DNA of 61,968 nt, the filler included, from Sphacelaria rigidula (taxonomy: Eukaryota), in assembly GCA_964200075.2 (NCBI GenBank). It is 6 parts of 6 records of this genome, joined end to end, with 100 filler letters (N's around TTAATTAATTAA, not from the genome) between each part and the next. Parts side by side here need not be neighbours in the genome. Positions count along the whole stretch, not along the records: positions 10,347 to 20,592 come from CAXNAA020006864.1; positions 20,693 to 30,937 come from CAXNAA020006865.1; 4 more parts are not named here. The stretch is one strand, 5' to 3'. Positions 12,193 through 24,066 of this stretch are shown piece after piece (the stretch's first letter is position 1; the number at the start of each line of letters is the position of its first letter). Made by a program: the position numbers and the translations under genes. The notes beneath the pieces were generated by a model. The model saw only the letters and a program-made list of their open reading frames with translations. It was not told where the DNA came from and did not search any database.

Positions 12193-12615
12193 AAATGGCC
12201 GGCCTCTGCCACATGGTTTCGATGGGAAAGATCTTGCGCAAAAACCACTCTCATACCCAGATGTGAAGAAAAGCGACAAGCCGTGGGAATAGATTGCGGC
12301 TCATCTATTATCGACCTCGCTATTTTGAGTGTGAGAAGCTGCCATATTGAACCATTGAGCGATGCACAATACGAGACACGAGGACCCAGAAGATGGGCGA
12401 TAAAACGCACACACGAGGAAACGGGAAGAAATAAACGCAGAGAACACACCACACCTCAGATAATAGATTACATCACCAAAATGTGCAGTGCGTGCTGTGT
12501 CGGCTATTGCGTGTATTGCAACAGACAACAGATTCCACACTGTACGCAATGGACTTCTTGACAACGCAAGTTATTTTCCACCGTGTGGAGCACATATACA
12601 CAAACACACACACAC

Positions 12616-12826
12616 CTTGTTGCTCTCGACTTCACGCTCCATTTCATCAATATCCTCCTCGGTCTGCTTCAGCTTCCTCCCCACATCAGCCAGCGCCTCC
12701 GGTAAATTCTTCACCAAGCCGGCCTCGACATCCCTCTGAGCACCGATGAATGTCCTCTGGTCTGTTCCGCAGTTCTGCGCCGCCACTTGCAGCTGGTCCA
12801 TGGTAGACCGTATCTGATCGCGCAAC
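12616..12826 (-). CDS. RAD50: Internal exon of coiled-coil gene, RAD50-like (LRDQIRSTMDQLQVAAQ...LKQTEEDIDEMEREVESNK)
   Basis: Acceptor ttttattttcag|, donor AAG|gtgtgt. The phase 2 start fits exon 14534-14640. Heptad-rich sequence. The gene name is from recalled similarity to the coiled coil C-terminal of the RAD50 zinc hook, not from a search. Confidence 0.6.
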
Positions 12827-14533
12827 CTGAAAATAAAAGTCGGCATGTTTCAGAATACAAAGGGCAGAGTCGAAACAAAACACGACACACACTTTTCCTC
12901 ACCTTGGGGTCTCATTGTACCACAGCTAATTTGGAACGTGCGCTAGATTCCTGGAAAATGGCTCATGGGAAGAACAAGAAGAAGAAGAACAACAACAACA
13001 GCATCAGCACTCTCGGTGTCAGGGAGTTTCAAGAACGGTTACAAGTTTGATTATTTAAACCCATATATTTCGTCTTGTCTTGTTTTTCACTTGCTGAGTT
13101 CACCATCACGTTTACTATGTTATTATTTACTTTTCATCATCGGATTTATATTAAATATTATTCATCACCAGTTACCGCTTCGGTCAAGCATCTTCCCTGC
13201 AACCATTTGTCGTTTTGATCTAGACGTCTGAGAAGCCAGCACTGCATCTTTCCTCGACTTGAGAGTGCACGTTTTACGCTCGGACCTCTTCGCCTGCGTT
13301 TCACTGGACACTAGGTGCATTCTGCTCCTACTTGGGTTTGTGATATACATCTGCTTCCCGCGCTGTGTTCTGCATGGCGTTTAGGGCGTTATGGCGTTGC
13401 GATGCGTTCCGTTTATTTTCCTGTGTCCACGTCTCAGCGGGCCCTTCGACCGTCGGGGGGTACCGTCATCCATCTCGACTTCCTCTCTATTTGTGGAATC
13501 GGCATCATGCCAATTTGACGATCGGAAGACACGAGAAAAAATCGTGCAGAATACTTTTCACGATAGCCCCCCCCCGAAAAATCGTAGCTGGTTTGGGGAG
13601 GCAAAACTTACACATAAATCCAAATGAAAAAAGCCAAGAACAACGAGCAGCTGGGAATTCCAACGCTTGGGTTCGTTTTCGTCAATGTCGCCCACATGAG
13701 GCGATTCATGTAGCCTGAAACCCAACATAGGGCGATGTATGACCATTTTCTTCGTGACACTTTTGGGCCGTTTTTGTTTTTGTTTTGGGGGGGGGGGGTG
13801 CATCGTAAACAGTGTCGCCGACTCTCTCCATTGAACACAGTCCACCTCTCGGGGCAAGGCTTGCACACCTCGATCATGTTTTCGATCTTGCACGCATGTC
13901 GCATCGTCTCAACTGTACTTATTTTTCTCACTGTCTCTGTACTCAGCTGACTTGGTGAGAGCGTGACAGTTCAGGCATGGCTTTCGGTCGCGCTCAAGTT
14001 TGATCGGCGGTTGCGGTCTTGGTACGGCGGCGGTAGGTACCGAAGCACTGGTAGTCTTCGGCTCTCCGTCGACTATGTCCACGACAGAGTCGGAGTTCGC
14101 AGTGGCGCTCATCTCCCGAATACTACCGTCACACTTCAATCCGGTAGCATCCGTTGCTACTGCTGTTACTGCAGCTGCTGCCAATACCTCATGACATATG
14201 CGAGTTTTTTTCATCATAAGTGGCCGTATGCAACATATCATTTCACTTGTTCTCGCGGCATCATCTCAACAGTTGCTGACCCTTCTTTTTGCGTGCGTGT
14301 GCTGTGCACGCGTTTCACACAAATCGTCCTTTCTCACTCAATCTGAACAGGTTGATGCAAGGTCACGCACAACGTGCTCAGCTGATGAGCAGCTCCTGCT
14401 TTTCCTTCAAATTATGCCGTGTACCGTTACCCAACGCACATAACGATCACCGGTGCTCATGCTCGGCTGTCGATCCACTGAGCGTGGCAACGAAAGTCGC
14501 AGAAACCATTGATGCATATTTGTACTATTTCAC

Positions 14534-14640
14534 CTTGTGAGTTGGCTTTCCTTCTCCCTCGCCTGTTGCCTGAGTGGCTGCTCTTTGGCCTTAGCTTCCA
14601 TCAGCTCTGCCTCCACTGAGCGCTCGCGTTCTTTCAAAGC
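14534..14640 (-). CDS. RAD50: Internal exon, RAD50-like (ALKERERSVEAELMEAKAKEQPLRQQAREKESQLT)
   Basis: atttag| acceptor, AAG|gtgaaa donor; phase 0 to phase 2, compatible with both neighbours. Confidence 0.62.
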
Positions 14641-16592
14641 CTAAATATATTCGTTGTTTTGTTTTCATTAAAAAATTCCACGTTGCAAGTAAAATCAGTG
14701 CCTGTTTCTTTATTTCATTGGTTTGCGGTCGCACCCCCACCCGATAAAATCACGCCTGCTTGCTCTTTTGTAAAACATGTTGCAGCAGATGAGAAAAAAA
14801 TTGACATGCCAGTGGGGAAAAAAAAAACAGTCTTCATCCACATGGATCACAAGTGCTGGGTTTAGTGCACCCCTGAAAAAGCAACAAATGAGTACGCCCC
14901 CCCCCTCTCCCTCCCCCTGAACAGAATGAGTGCTCTGTTTATCACAGATCAAATATACTGCTGTTAGGAAAGAATGGATGCTCCACGATGATCAAAATGC
15001 CGTTTAGGTGTGAAACCTCAATTATCAACCTGAAACATCTTCACTTCTTGAGAGTTGACGGGCAGCCTAAGTTCTGATCGACCCCTTGATAATAAAGTGG
15101 AACGCTACTTACTACGGGGGGGGGCGTACTCTACTTACTACGGGGAGGGGAGATAGATGTGATGATCTTTCGCGCCCACGGGCTGGTCCCGAGGAACGCA
15201 CGGGGGTCGAAAATACAAGAAAAGAAGACAAGAAAAAGGCAACCAAATGTAAACACAGGGACACCCACACACGTGGCGCGCACGAACGAGGCCAGGGGGT
15301 GCCGACAAACCTCACCACCATTGCTAGCGCAGATTCACGAATCATCATCTCTCCGACCGTGTTGTATCGCAACAAAAATATGACAAAACAATCACATTTC
15401 ATTGACACATCATTGCTCTCGAAACACACACACCATCAGGCGGGGGAACATGCGCCTTGCACATACAAGAAAAAAAAAAAACGTTTTTTTTTCCTTCTTT
15501 CAAGTCCCAAGACGTGCGAAGACTGCAGCCCCACCGGAGCTCATGTGACTTGAAAATCTTCGAGGACCGAAAGATATGAATCCCTCACAATTTCGTAACA
15601 TACGGACAGTCAAACACCCAGAGTCGGCACAATCTCAACCCTGAGTCTTTCGAAAACCGCGACCCCATCACTCCTAGAACAAAGCCAGAAAAAATATACC
15701 GTCTATTGAAATATCTGTGTGTGAGTGTGTGTGTGCGTGAGTGTGTTTTCATGTTGGACTGCTTTGTAGGGGAGAAGCGAATGTTCCCCTCATGGAAACA
15801 CGCCCACAAAAACGCACCGTGATGCTACTGCTGCTTCCTTCGCATGCTCGATACGAAAAAGTCTTTTCCGGAACACATGTTCGTCCACCTCTGATTTCTG
15901 CTTCATCCATCACTCGGAGTATCGCCATCCTCCGGTGAGGGAATGGAGTTGACTTGAGTCGCACCTCTGCCCGTTCTTACCCATGTCCTTCTCAACCTCC
16001 ACCCTCAAGATGAAACATAGAGTAGTGTTGTCGTCGTAGCTCGCATCAATTACCCACGAGGCTATCGTCTCTGCGTCTGTGGGGGTTACTTTAATCGACT
16101 GAGAGGAATACGACAACCTTGTGGATCACAGATACCAGCCCCTCGGACACGATCGCTCAATGTTCGCTCTTGAGTGTGGAGGCTGCGTTGTACACGGGTG
16201 AGTTGAGACTGAGGACAGGTGAAGCTCTCGTCGGCTTCCGCTCTCCATTGGAGCATGACAGTACTACTCCGGTGACGGCACGGAGAGTAACTCAAACTTA
16301 CGGAATATCTGTTCCAGAGTAGCGTCTCGTGATCCAGATCTATGCCGGGGACACAGATTCCAACGCACATGTGTGGACATATTCGGACACATAGACCTCG
16401 CGTTCTCAAACAAAAGGGGGAGACACACAACAAGTAAGCGGATGAGTTATCCGCTTGGCTACAGCCAGAAATACACAGGTGACCACAAAGAGGAGGCGCT
16501 GCTGCTGCTGCCGCTGCTGTTACTTCATCCTCTGCTGCTGCACCGCCCAGACAAAAAGATAGGCTACTCCCCATCCCTCTTGACAGACTCGC

Positions 16593-16727
16593 CTCTCTCT
16601 TCATGTCGAACTCTTTCTTGGTGGCGAGGTTGTTGATGGCCTCGTTCAAGTCTCCCGTGCTAGCGTTGAGGGCGTTGGTCAGCTGCAGTTGCTTATTTTT
16701 CGCTCGCAGTAGTTCTTGGTTCTTCTC
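16593..16727 (-). CDS. RAD50: Internal exon, RAD50-like (EKNQELLRAKNKQLQLTNALN...KKEFDMKRE), GC donor
   Basis: caacaatag| acceptor; 45 codons; GAG|gcgagt donor gives an in-frame join to the next exon. Confidence 0.6.
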
Positions 16728-17002
16728 CTATTGTTGACGCACACGGCGGGTGAAGAATGAATGACAAATGCACTGAGAATATCTACAGAATAGGGGGGGG
16801 TACATCTACCATGTAAGGCACGGCTTGAAAAGGATGTAGTGCGACATGGCATGCAAAGGCAAAATGAGACAGTTACGTTTCATTTTGAAAGGGAGCAGTG
16901 TGGCGTGCCACAAAATGGTGTGGTGCGGCAAAAATGTGCTAAAGTGTGAAGCGAGACATTTTCTCCTTGAAAAGTGTACGGTGTGGGGGGAGACAAAAAA
17001 AG

Positions 17003-17140
17003 TAGGGGTACTTGCAGGCCTCTCTCTGTACCTTGAAATGACACAGCGAGGCGTCTTGAAAAAAAAGAAAACACCGAGAAAAAGGGGTACTTGCAGGCCT
17101 CTGTGCCTCGAAACGGTACAGCGAAGAGCCTTGAGAAGGT
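17003..17140 (+). repeat. Imperfect direct duplication (about 60 bp x2, AGGGGTACTTGCAGGCCTCT...)
   Basis: Two copies starting at about 17003 and 17083. Confidence 0.75.
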
Positions 17141-17311
17141 ACATCGTGACGGCTTCTGGCCCACACACGGGCTACATACAACAAAACGACATCAAACAAG
17201 AGGAAACGGTCTCCAATTCTGAGGAATAAGTGTATTTTGCATTATGGAACGCAAAGCCAAATGAGTGCAAGCTCGGGTCGTCCACAGGGGGGGGGGGGTT
17301 GTCTGGCTTGC

Positions 17312-17399
17312 CTGAAGGTCCGAATTTGCCTTGTCCAGCTTCTCACGGTTTTCCTTCACAAGGTTTTGTGCGTCCGCGAGAGTCCTGCCCTCTCCAAAC
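17312..17399 (-). CDS. RAD50: Internal exon, RAD50-like (FGEGRTLADAQNLVKENREKLDKANSDLQ), GC donor
   Basis: atgaaag| acceptor phase 2; CAG|gcaagc donor phase 0; GxRTLxxxQ recalls the RAD50 GxRTxEExQ segment. Confidence 0.6.
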
Positions 17400-18256
17400 C
17401 TTTCATTTCGTCGATTGTCGAGGAGAGGCAGACGGCGAAGGAGAGATAAAGTAAACAAACAGGTGGTCAGGCGGCGACAAAGTCAAGAGCTTTTCTGGTA
17501 GGTTTGACAGGATACAAAGGTGAAAGTTCAGGGAGAAATGGACGTGTGTGTGTAAAAGAAAGTGTGTGTATGTGTGTGTGGGTAAAATACTCGACTAAAT
17601 CCACACCAATCAGAAGCTAATCAGCTATTGCCACTGCTGCAAACAGTCAACGTTCTGAACATGTCTATGTGTGTGTGTGTCTTTTTTCCCTTCACTCGCG
17701 AGTGCATGCCTTTGCACATATCACCACGCTTCAGGTAAAAGTATCGAACAAGCAGTCCAATTACGAACATAGAAAAAAAAAAAAATCAACATCAAAATCA
17801 GGGTAACCCGTTACAAACCTCTTTTACAGTGATCCGAATTGTCTGTCAATTTTGAAGCATAGAGCTCTACAGTCCGTAACCACGATATGTTGTCCTCGTT
17901 GCACGGCGTCTCCTGGGTCGATTGATCGATTGCCGCACATTAAAGTGCCATCCCCTAGGAACTCAGCCGCGTGATCACCATGTGAACGTATGCAATATAA
18001 TCAATCGCAATTAAAAAACACTCGACAGAGTGGAAAGGTGAAAAAGATGGAGTGGAACGAGAGAACAGCGAAAATTGCACACGAAAAAGAAAAGCGACAA
18101 AAAGAGCGTCAGCCTTCTTGTAAGTCCCGTTCGCTGTCTGCTCACTTGAACCGAGACAAGGAGCGTATTATTTCCGGTGTGGGTACCTGTATACCTTCAG
18201 GCCGAAAAGCACCGTTCGTTCGGTAGACTGGGGGCGAGCTCAACTGAAGCCTTGCA

Positions 18257-18262
18257 CTCACA

Positions 18263-18313
<51 letters not shown>
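18257..18313 (+). repeat. (CA)n microsatellite
   Basis: Directly visible. Confidence 0.95.
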
Positions 18314-18315
<2 letters not shown>

Positions 18316-18381
18316 AATCATGGCCGCTATCTTTCCCGGATACCTCCATCAGTCGGCCATGAATACACGCGCATACTGTAC

Positions 18382-18489
18382 CTCTGCAGTTTAGCTTCGA
18401 CACTTTGGAGATCGATGCGGAAGCCGATGATGCGGTTGGCCCTATCCAACAGCCTATTGGTCTCGGAGAGTGCGGCATCCAGGTCCTCC
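18382..18489 (-). CDS. RAD50: Internal exon, RAD50-like (EDLDAALSETNRLLDRANRIIGFRIDLQSVEAKLQ)
   Basis: ttcaacag| acceptor, GAG|gtacag donor; phase 2/2 compatible. Confidence 0.62.
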
Positions 18490-20334
18490 CTGTTGAAGCA
18501 ATTTCCATTTCGTTTTTTATTCGTTTTGGAAAAGCGCCGAAAAAAACCGAAAAAGACAAATGAAATATTTATATATATATATATATATAACCAAGGCAAA
18601 CTAACAACAGAGAACGAAAAAGGCAGAAGCGCGAACAGATGAGTCGAAACAACAAGAAGCGGGTGGAAGCGTCACGCTCATGATTATACTAGCATAGTAT
18701 TTGTATGGAAAATAACCCCAAAAGGGGAAAACATCAAGGAATGGAAAACACAAAACAATGAAGTGGTCAACGGACCTGTAACGCGCTCTGCATTTCAAGA
18801 CAGGTGAGAATGTGTTGTCGTTATTGTTAGTGGTGGCGTCTGTACGTGAGAATTATTGGACAAGACACGTTTATTTCACGGGGGAACGGGACGGGACGGG
18901 ACGGGACGGGAAGCAGACGGGGTACATACCACGACATTTATTGGCTAAAACAAGTGGGGGCCAAAATTTACGAGGCTGAGTTCATCAAACGTTTCAGGGG
19001 AAGAAAAAAACTTTCTTCCAGAAAAAACGAGAGAAGACATTTCCCGTCCAGGTCAAGGACTACAGTAAACCAGTTCAAGACTGATTACATATTACTCAGA
19101 AAAATTTGCGTTGAATTTGTTCTTTTGCATTTTGTTTTTTCTACTCTGAAATTCTCCAAAAAGGAATGAAAAGCATGACAAAATAAAAGCCATCAATAAT
19201 AGCCCCTACATAAAGGATATGCTGCGAGCTGTACTGCATGCGGCGCTCTAAGGCCGCAACGCGAGCAACATGAGCTCTGCCAAGGCTGCTAGTTAGGTAT
19301 GCTGCCAAAAAAACAGAGGGTTCACATTCTTTGCGTTGCCAACAGATGCCAGGATTTTACTGGTTCTGATATCGATTTTGATACTGGCTGGGTTGAGAAC
19401 CAAGTATAACTTTCGCCACAATGACAGGTTCAGGAATTCCGCTAAGAAGCATTCACTGAAAGGCCAAAGGTCAGGTACAAGCACGTGGAAAATACGTCCA
19501 AAACAGGTACATCTGAGGCTTGAGCCGACACGACCAGACGATCGTCTGCTTCGGCCAATTCATAATGGCACAACGATAGGGCGGAGTAAGACGAATAGAG
19601 GCTGCGCCTTGTCATTTTTTTGTGCTCGGAACGTGCCACGGTGCACACCTCATCTTGTTTCAACCCTCTTATTTTTTGTTTTGTTTTTGGAACACAAATA
19701 ATCAAAATTCTTGCTCTTGTTTCGGTTCGTCCGAGACAAGGACGCCCAACACAACAAGATATATACAGACGTGTACATACAGCTAGATATCAGCGCATCT
19801 TAACCCTGTGAGTGCGAAATGGCCATTTTCCAGGGAGACCATGTGCGCCGATGCGAACGTCTATGACTACTCGGCTTCCGTTTACGAGTACTCGTGTAGT
19901 ATAGCTACCCAAATACCTCACGGTCAGCAGCGAACTTCAGCCAAGCGAGAACGAATGAAGAATTCAAAACCCCCAAGACGGGTAAATAGGTTGGAAAGAG
20001 GAAAATTATGTAAATGCACCGCAAAATGCCCCTCAAGAGCATCAAATCCTGGGGCAGTGTACTACAAGCACCGGCGATGCGGCTGTAGACCTCTTCCCCC
20101 ACCTTTTGCACCTGAAATACAAGCATATACGCGTACATGAGCTGAAAATCAAGAAAAAAGGCAACACGGCTGATGGCAGCATCGTCACAAGGGGAGGGGC
20201 ATTATCATCGTAATAGCCATGGATACTCATCATCACCAACAGTAGCAGCAGCAGTACTATTGCCATCATCCACAACAACGACAAAAGCAGCTTCAGCAAC
20301 ACCGGCATCATAACCATATCACACAATACAGCAC

Positions 20335-20474
20335 CTTTCTCCCAGCAGTTGCTTCGCCTCCTGCTTCTCCACCTCCACCCTCTCAAGCAGCTGCGAGAGC
20401 TCCCCGTCCACCCTCGCCTTCGTCTCTTCTAGCGCCGCCGGCTGGCTCGATAGCTGCTTCCACTCTCGCCAACC
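20335..20474 (-). CDS. RAD50: Internal exon, RAD50-like (GWREWKQLSSQPAALEETKARVDGELSQLLERVEVEKQEAKQLLGE)
   Basis: ttccccag| acceptor, AAG|gtgctg donor; ends in phase 2, matching exon 18382-18489. Confidence 0.6.
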
Positions 20475-20592
20475 CTGGGGAACACACACACATCATATAT
20501 TTATACAAGTCTACTTCATTTGACCTACCCCCTTCCCCCCCACGCCCCTTCTCCCCTCCCTTGCCACTCCCTCCTATCATCCACTAGAAAAC

Positions 20593-20692
20593 NNNNNNNN
20601 NNNNNNNNNNNNNNNNNNNNNNNNNNNNNNNNNNNNTTAATTAATTAANNNNNNNNNNNNNNNNNNNNNNNNNNNNNNNNNNNNNNNNNNNN
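20593..20692. other. Artificial contig linker
   Basis: Same 100-bp N/TTAATTAATTAA/N spacer. Confidence 0.97.
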
Positions 20693-20889
20693 GGGGGTGA
20701 TTCCACGAAAAAATGGGCCAACAAATGCTTCAGACGACCCAACACACTCGCGGTGCGCTTGTATTTGGGAAAAAGCTGTGTCAATCAGTATGAATGAGCG
20801 TTATATATCGGAAGCAAGCGCGTTTGAACAACCATTGCTATTATCAACGACGATTTCAAGTAGAATTTCGTGGAAGAAAACGGTCCACA

Positions 20890-20985
20890 ATATCCCCCCC
20901 CCCTATCGTAGCATCAATGGTCACACGGCTAAGGCAAGCAACAAATGCGTACGCCCCACCCCCCTATCGTAGCATGACTCTGAGA
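20890..20985 (+). repeat. Dispersed repeat A (..CAATGGTCA.ACG.CTAAGGCAAGCAACAAATG.GTAC.. and poly-C-TATCGTAG.ATGACTCTGAGA modules)
   Basis: Modules recur at 1-66, 21807-21867 (-), 27326-27386 (-), 41146-41203 (+) and 51567-51626 (-). Confidence 0.85.
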
Positions 20986-22033
20986 CATCAGATGACGTTC
21001 TACTTCGCACGCAACTAGGGTCCGTTTCTGAGGATCGAGCGATGCACACTTTCATGAACTTTGCCGGTGAAAAATGAAGGGGGACACAAACATAAAGAAG
21101 ACGTCAGCCAAATCAGGGCACGTTAAAATAATCGCTAAAGAGTCCCGGGGAAACCCAACCGTCACGTCGTTCCTACATTTAAATAAACGAGAATAAATGC
21201 GGGTAGGCCGTGCCTTATCGACGGAACAGATGAAACCTGTCTGCGAAGGACATACATAATTTTCCCGACAGATTCAGGCCCACAGCAATCAGTTTGATTT
21301 CTCATGATAAATGCTCTTCATGTCCAGACCCACGCCAGGTGCAAAGACGCCGCAGTTTCTTGCAGTAGAGTTGGTCAAACATGTCTGTACTGGTACTGAA
21401 AAGACGCGACAAAGGAACACAACACCTACCCACCGAGCCCCGAAAGCACACGCATAGGCACCAACCATTCACGCGCATCAGCTGCTTCGCTGAGTTTCTT
21501 CACATGAACACAGCAGTAGTCTTCGTTTGATCGTTTAGTATTGGAGGGGAAAGCTGTCGCGTGCGTGTCATTAGATACGCAGGAACCTACTGTTGCTGCG
21601 TCCTGGTGGTGGTGGAGGCTTTCCGCACGCGTTTGACCCACGCTCTTGTTTTTCATTGAGGTTTGCACAGATTTGACCGACGCTAAGCGCAACGTAGTCA
21701 GCCGATCAAATGCTGCGGCCCCAGCTGTATTCATCTTGGTTCACAGCGACAGTGTAGCTCTCAGTTTTATGTGTGCACAAAGTAGTCGACACAACGCTCG
21801 ATGGGAGGCGTATCCATTTGTTGCTTGCCTTAGTCGTTTGACCATTGACCACGCATCCCTTTCGAGACGGAGCGCCGTTCTTACTTCTGATAGAGACACC
21901 TTCAACATTCCGGCGCTCATCACGTTTATTGCACAAAAAACTTTTTCATAGCTTATCCCCCTCCTGTTTTGCTGTCTGTGGCCATCATCTATCTACTAGT
22001 ACAAAACGCTCGATGGGGGGGGGGGGGGCTCAC

Positions 22034-22105
22034 CCGTAGTGCAGATGCTTGCGTCCCTCCGCTAGGGTTCCGAACAAAAGCTCCAGGAGGCCAAGATCTC
22101 CACAT
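22034..22105 (-). CDS. PRKDC: DNA-PKcs-like exon (CGDLGLLELLFGTLAEGRKHLHY)
   Basis: cctagcag| acceptor, GG|gtgagc donor. The phase 2 start fits exon 23537-24066. Resembles the LLELxxEVLCRExxH segment of vertebrate DNA-PKcs. Confidence 0.72.
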
Positions 22106-23536
22106 CTGCTAGGATGAAACACGATAGGCCCGAACCAAACAAACGCGACGCTCGTCAAAGATCGGGACAAGCTGTAGTGGAATGTAAGTTGTCGCCCTGG
22201 CTCTGCCGGAAGGGGAGGATACCGTCAAACAATATCAGGGAAACATTAACCGTTTGGGAACCCTCCCCTCTCGTCCCCGGTCCAGACGCCTCATTTTTTC
22301 AAGCGCTGATAGAGAAGAAAAGATGGGAAAAGAAATGACCAACAACAACATATTTTACGGCGGAGGGCCACAGAAGGATCCACCGATATACGTCATGCTC
22401 GCACCAAAAGGTCGCCCCGGTGCGGTCGGATCAGTTTCGTCGCATGAGGGGACGCAACGGGTCAAGTATAATAAACTTTGTGCACACAGCGAAAACCAGC
22501 ACCGCGGCCTCTGAATTTCATGCAAAATCAACACCACCCGTATTTTTTCTATATATTTAGTGCCGTGTGGCACTGCGGCACACACTCATATAGGTGACGC
22601 ACCCCACCGGAGTATTGTTGTGCTGCAGTCCGGAGGTCGTACTCGCCCAACACTTGGCGAGCGTGCTAAGCCACATCACAAAAATAGAGTAGTATAGCCG
22701 AGCACACGGAAATCCCCTCACCGCACGCGAAAAAATTGAGGTGCGATAGAGTACTTACGCGATTCACCGCCGGGTGGAAGCGGTCGCGAGTCTGAAAAAC
22801 ACGCCTTGGGCAAAATGGTGGTCCTTGGAAGCTGCAAACAATCAACCATATGTTTTTTTTTAAACAGCACCTCGAAATCAGCACTTTTCCAGTGACTGTG
22901 TACCGAAAGGATTTAGTACCACCGCATTTTGCAAGTCAAAGTCGAGATTTTCCTGGGACCCCGGGAACCCGGAAAGCATCAGCACAGGAAGCACAGTTTT
23001 GACACTGTCAACACGTGGGTGTTGTACGTGTGCTGAAATGGGTTCAGGAAGTATCTGCCACAGGAGACAGACGTTCACCATGCCAACTGGTAAACCTGGA
23101 CTACACCAGAGAAAACATCTGAGAGGCGATCAAGCCTCCTTTCACAAGCACTATGACTTGATCTCAGTGGGCTCCACGAGTGGATAGGAGAAGAGTGGCG
23201 GGGCAAAACCACTATCAATAGTCCAGCAATTGGAGACTAGCTGGGAACGAAGAGAGCTCGGGAATGCTGTCAGACATGTGACAATTCATTAGTCAACAAA
23301 GGAGACAATTTGCTATCATGCGATGCCTCACGACTTCAAATGACGACCAAAAATAAAGCCACGCGTGAATATTTACGCATCTTTGCAACAGCCCACAAAC
23401 GCCCGGCGGAATGACAACAACACTTCGATCCCTCGAGAGCCTCCACGGCGGGTGGGTCAGATCGCATGAGCAGTAACGGTTGCGGCATGCTGTATTTGCT
23501 TCAACGCGGAAATACGGTGACAATTTCACCACACAC

Positions 23537-24066
23537 CTGGCAAAGACGCTCAGCAACCTCCGCAACAGAAGAGCGAACACCGTGGCTTCCTTCGACCCTT
23601 CCACCGGCTCCCGACTATCATCAATCGGAAAGTGTCGAGAAATCATCTCTTCAAGCGCGGCGAAAATAATCCGGCCGCCACTCTCCCCTTCACTCCCCTC
23701 GTCCACCCCCCTACCCACACTCTCCAGGAAACTGCCACCTCTGAGCCCCGATCTCGAGTGACCGTAGTCCGCCGCCCTACGAGTAAGGCACGGGCGTAGG
23801 AACGGTACAAGAGCAAGTGCGGCCGCCTTAGCAGCCGGGTCCACACGCGGGGACGCGGAGCCTATGGTTCCCGCTACCAAAACGCTGCTCATCTGCAGCA
23901 ACTCCTGCTGAGGTGTTGTTGTGGCCGACGGTGAGGATTGAGGTCCACTGCCGTTTCTGCTGTTTGTTGTGGTGCTTGTGGCTGCCGCGAGACGAAGTAG
24001 TAGGTGGCACAGGCGCAGGGACTCGCGGAGCATTCGAGCAGTGACATCGTCGCCTCCCCTTGTTGC
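23537..24066 (-). CDS. PRKDC: DNA-PKcs-like exon (HEAT region; AKAAALALVPFL...LEEMISRHFPIDDSREPVEGS...LLRRLLSVFA)
   Basis: Lies within ORF 23293-24132; gcgaaacag| acceptor, CAG|gtgtgt donor. Matches the recalled DNA-PKcs motif KxQAVTLLPFF...LEQLIVAHFPMQSREFPPG. Confidence 0.82.

Noticed and set aside
12021..12561. ORFs with CVCVCV/THTHTH runs
   Set aside because: Translations of a (CA)n microsatellite
13165..13350. Extra exon in the RAD50-like gene
   Set aside because: Exons 14534-14640 and 12616-12826 already join in phase; no good acceptor and a non-coiled-coil peptide
13880..14241. BED-finger/hAT transposase relic (KPCLNCH...TMRHA); also PQLAFNFLAVQ at about 33400
   Set aside because: Only a few residues match, too weak to call without a search
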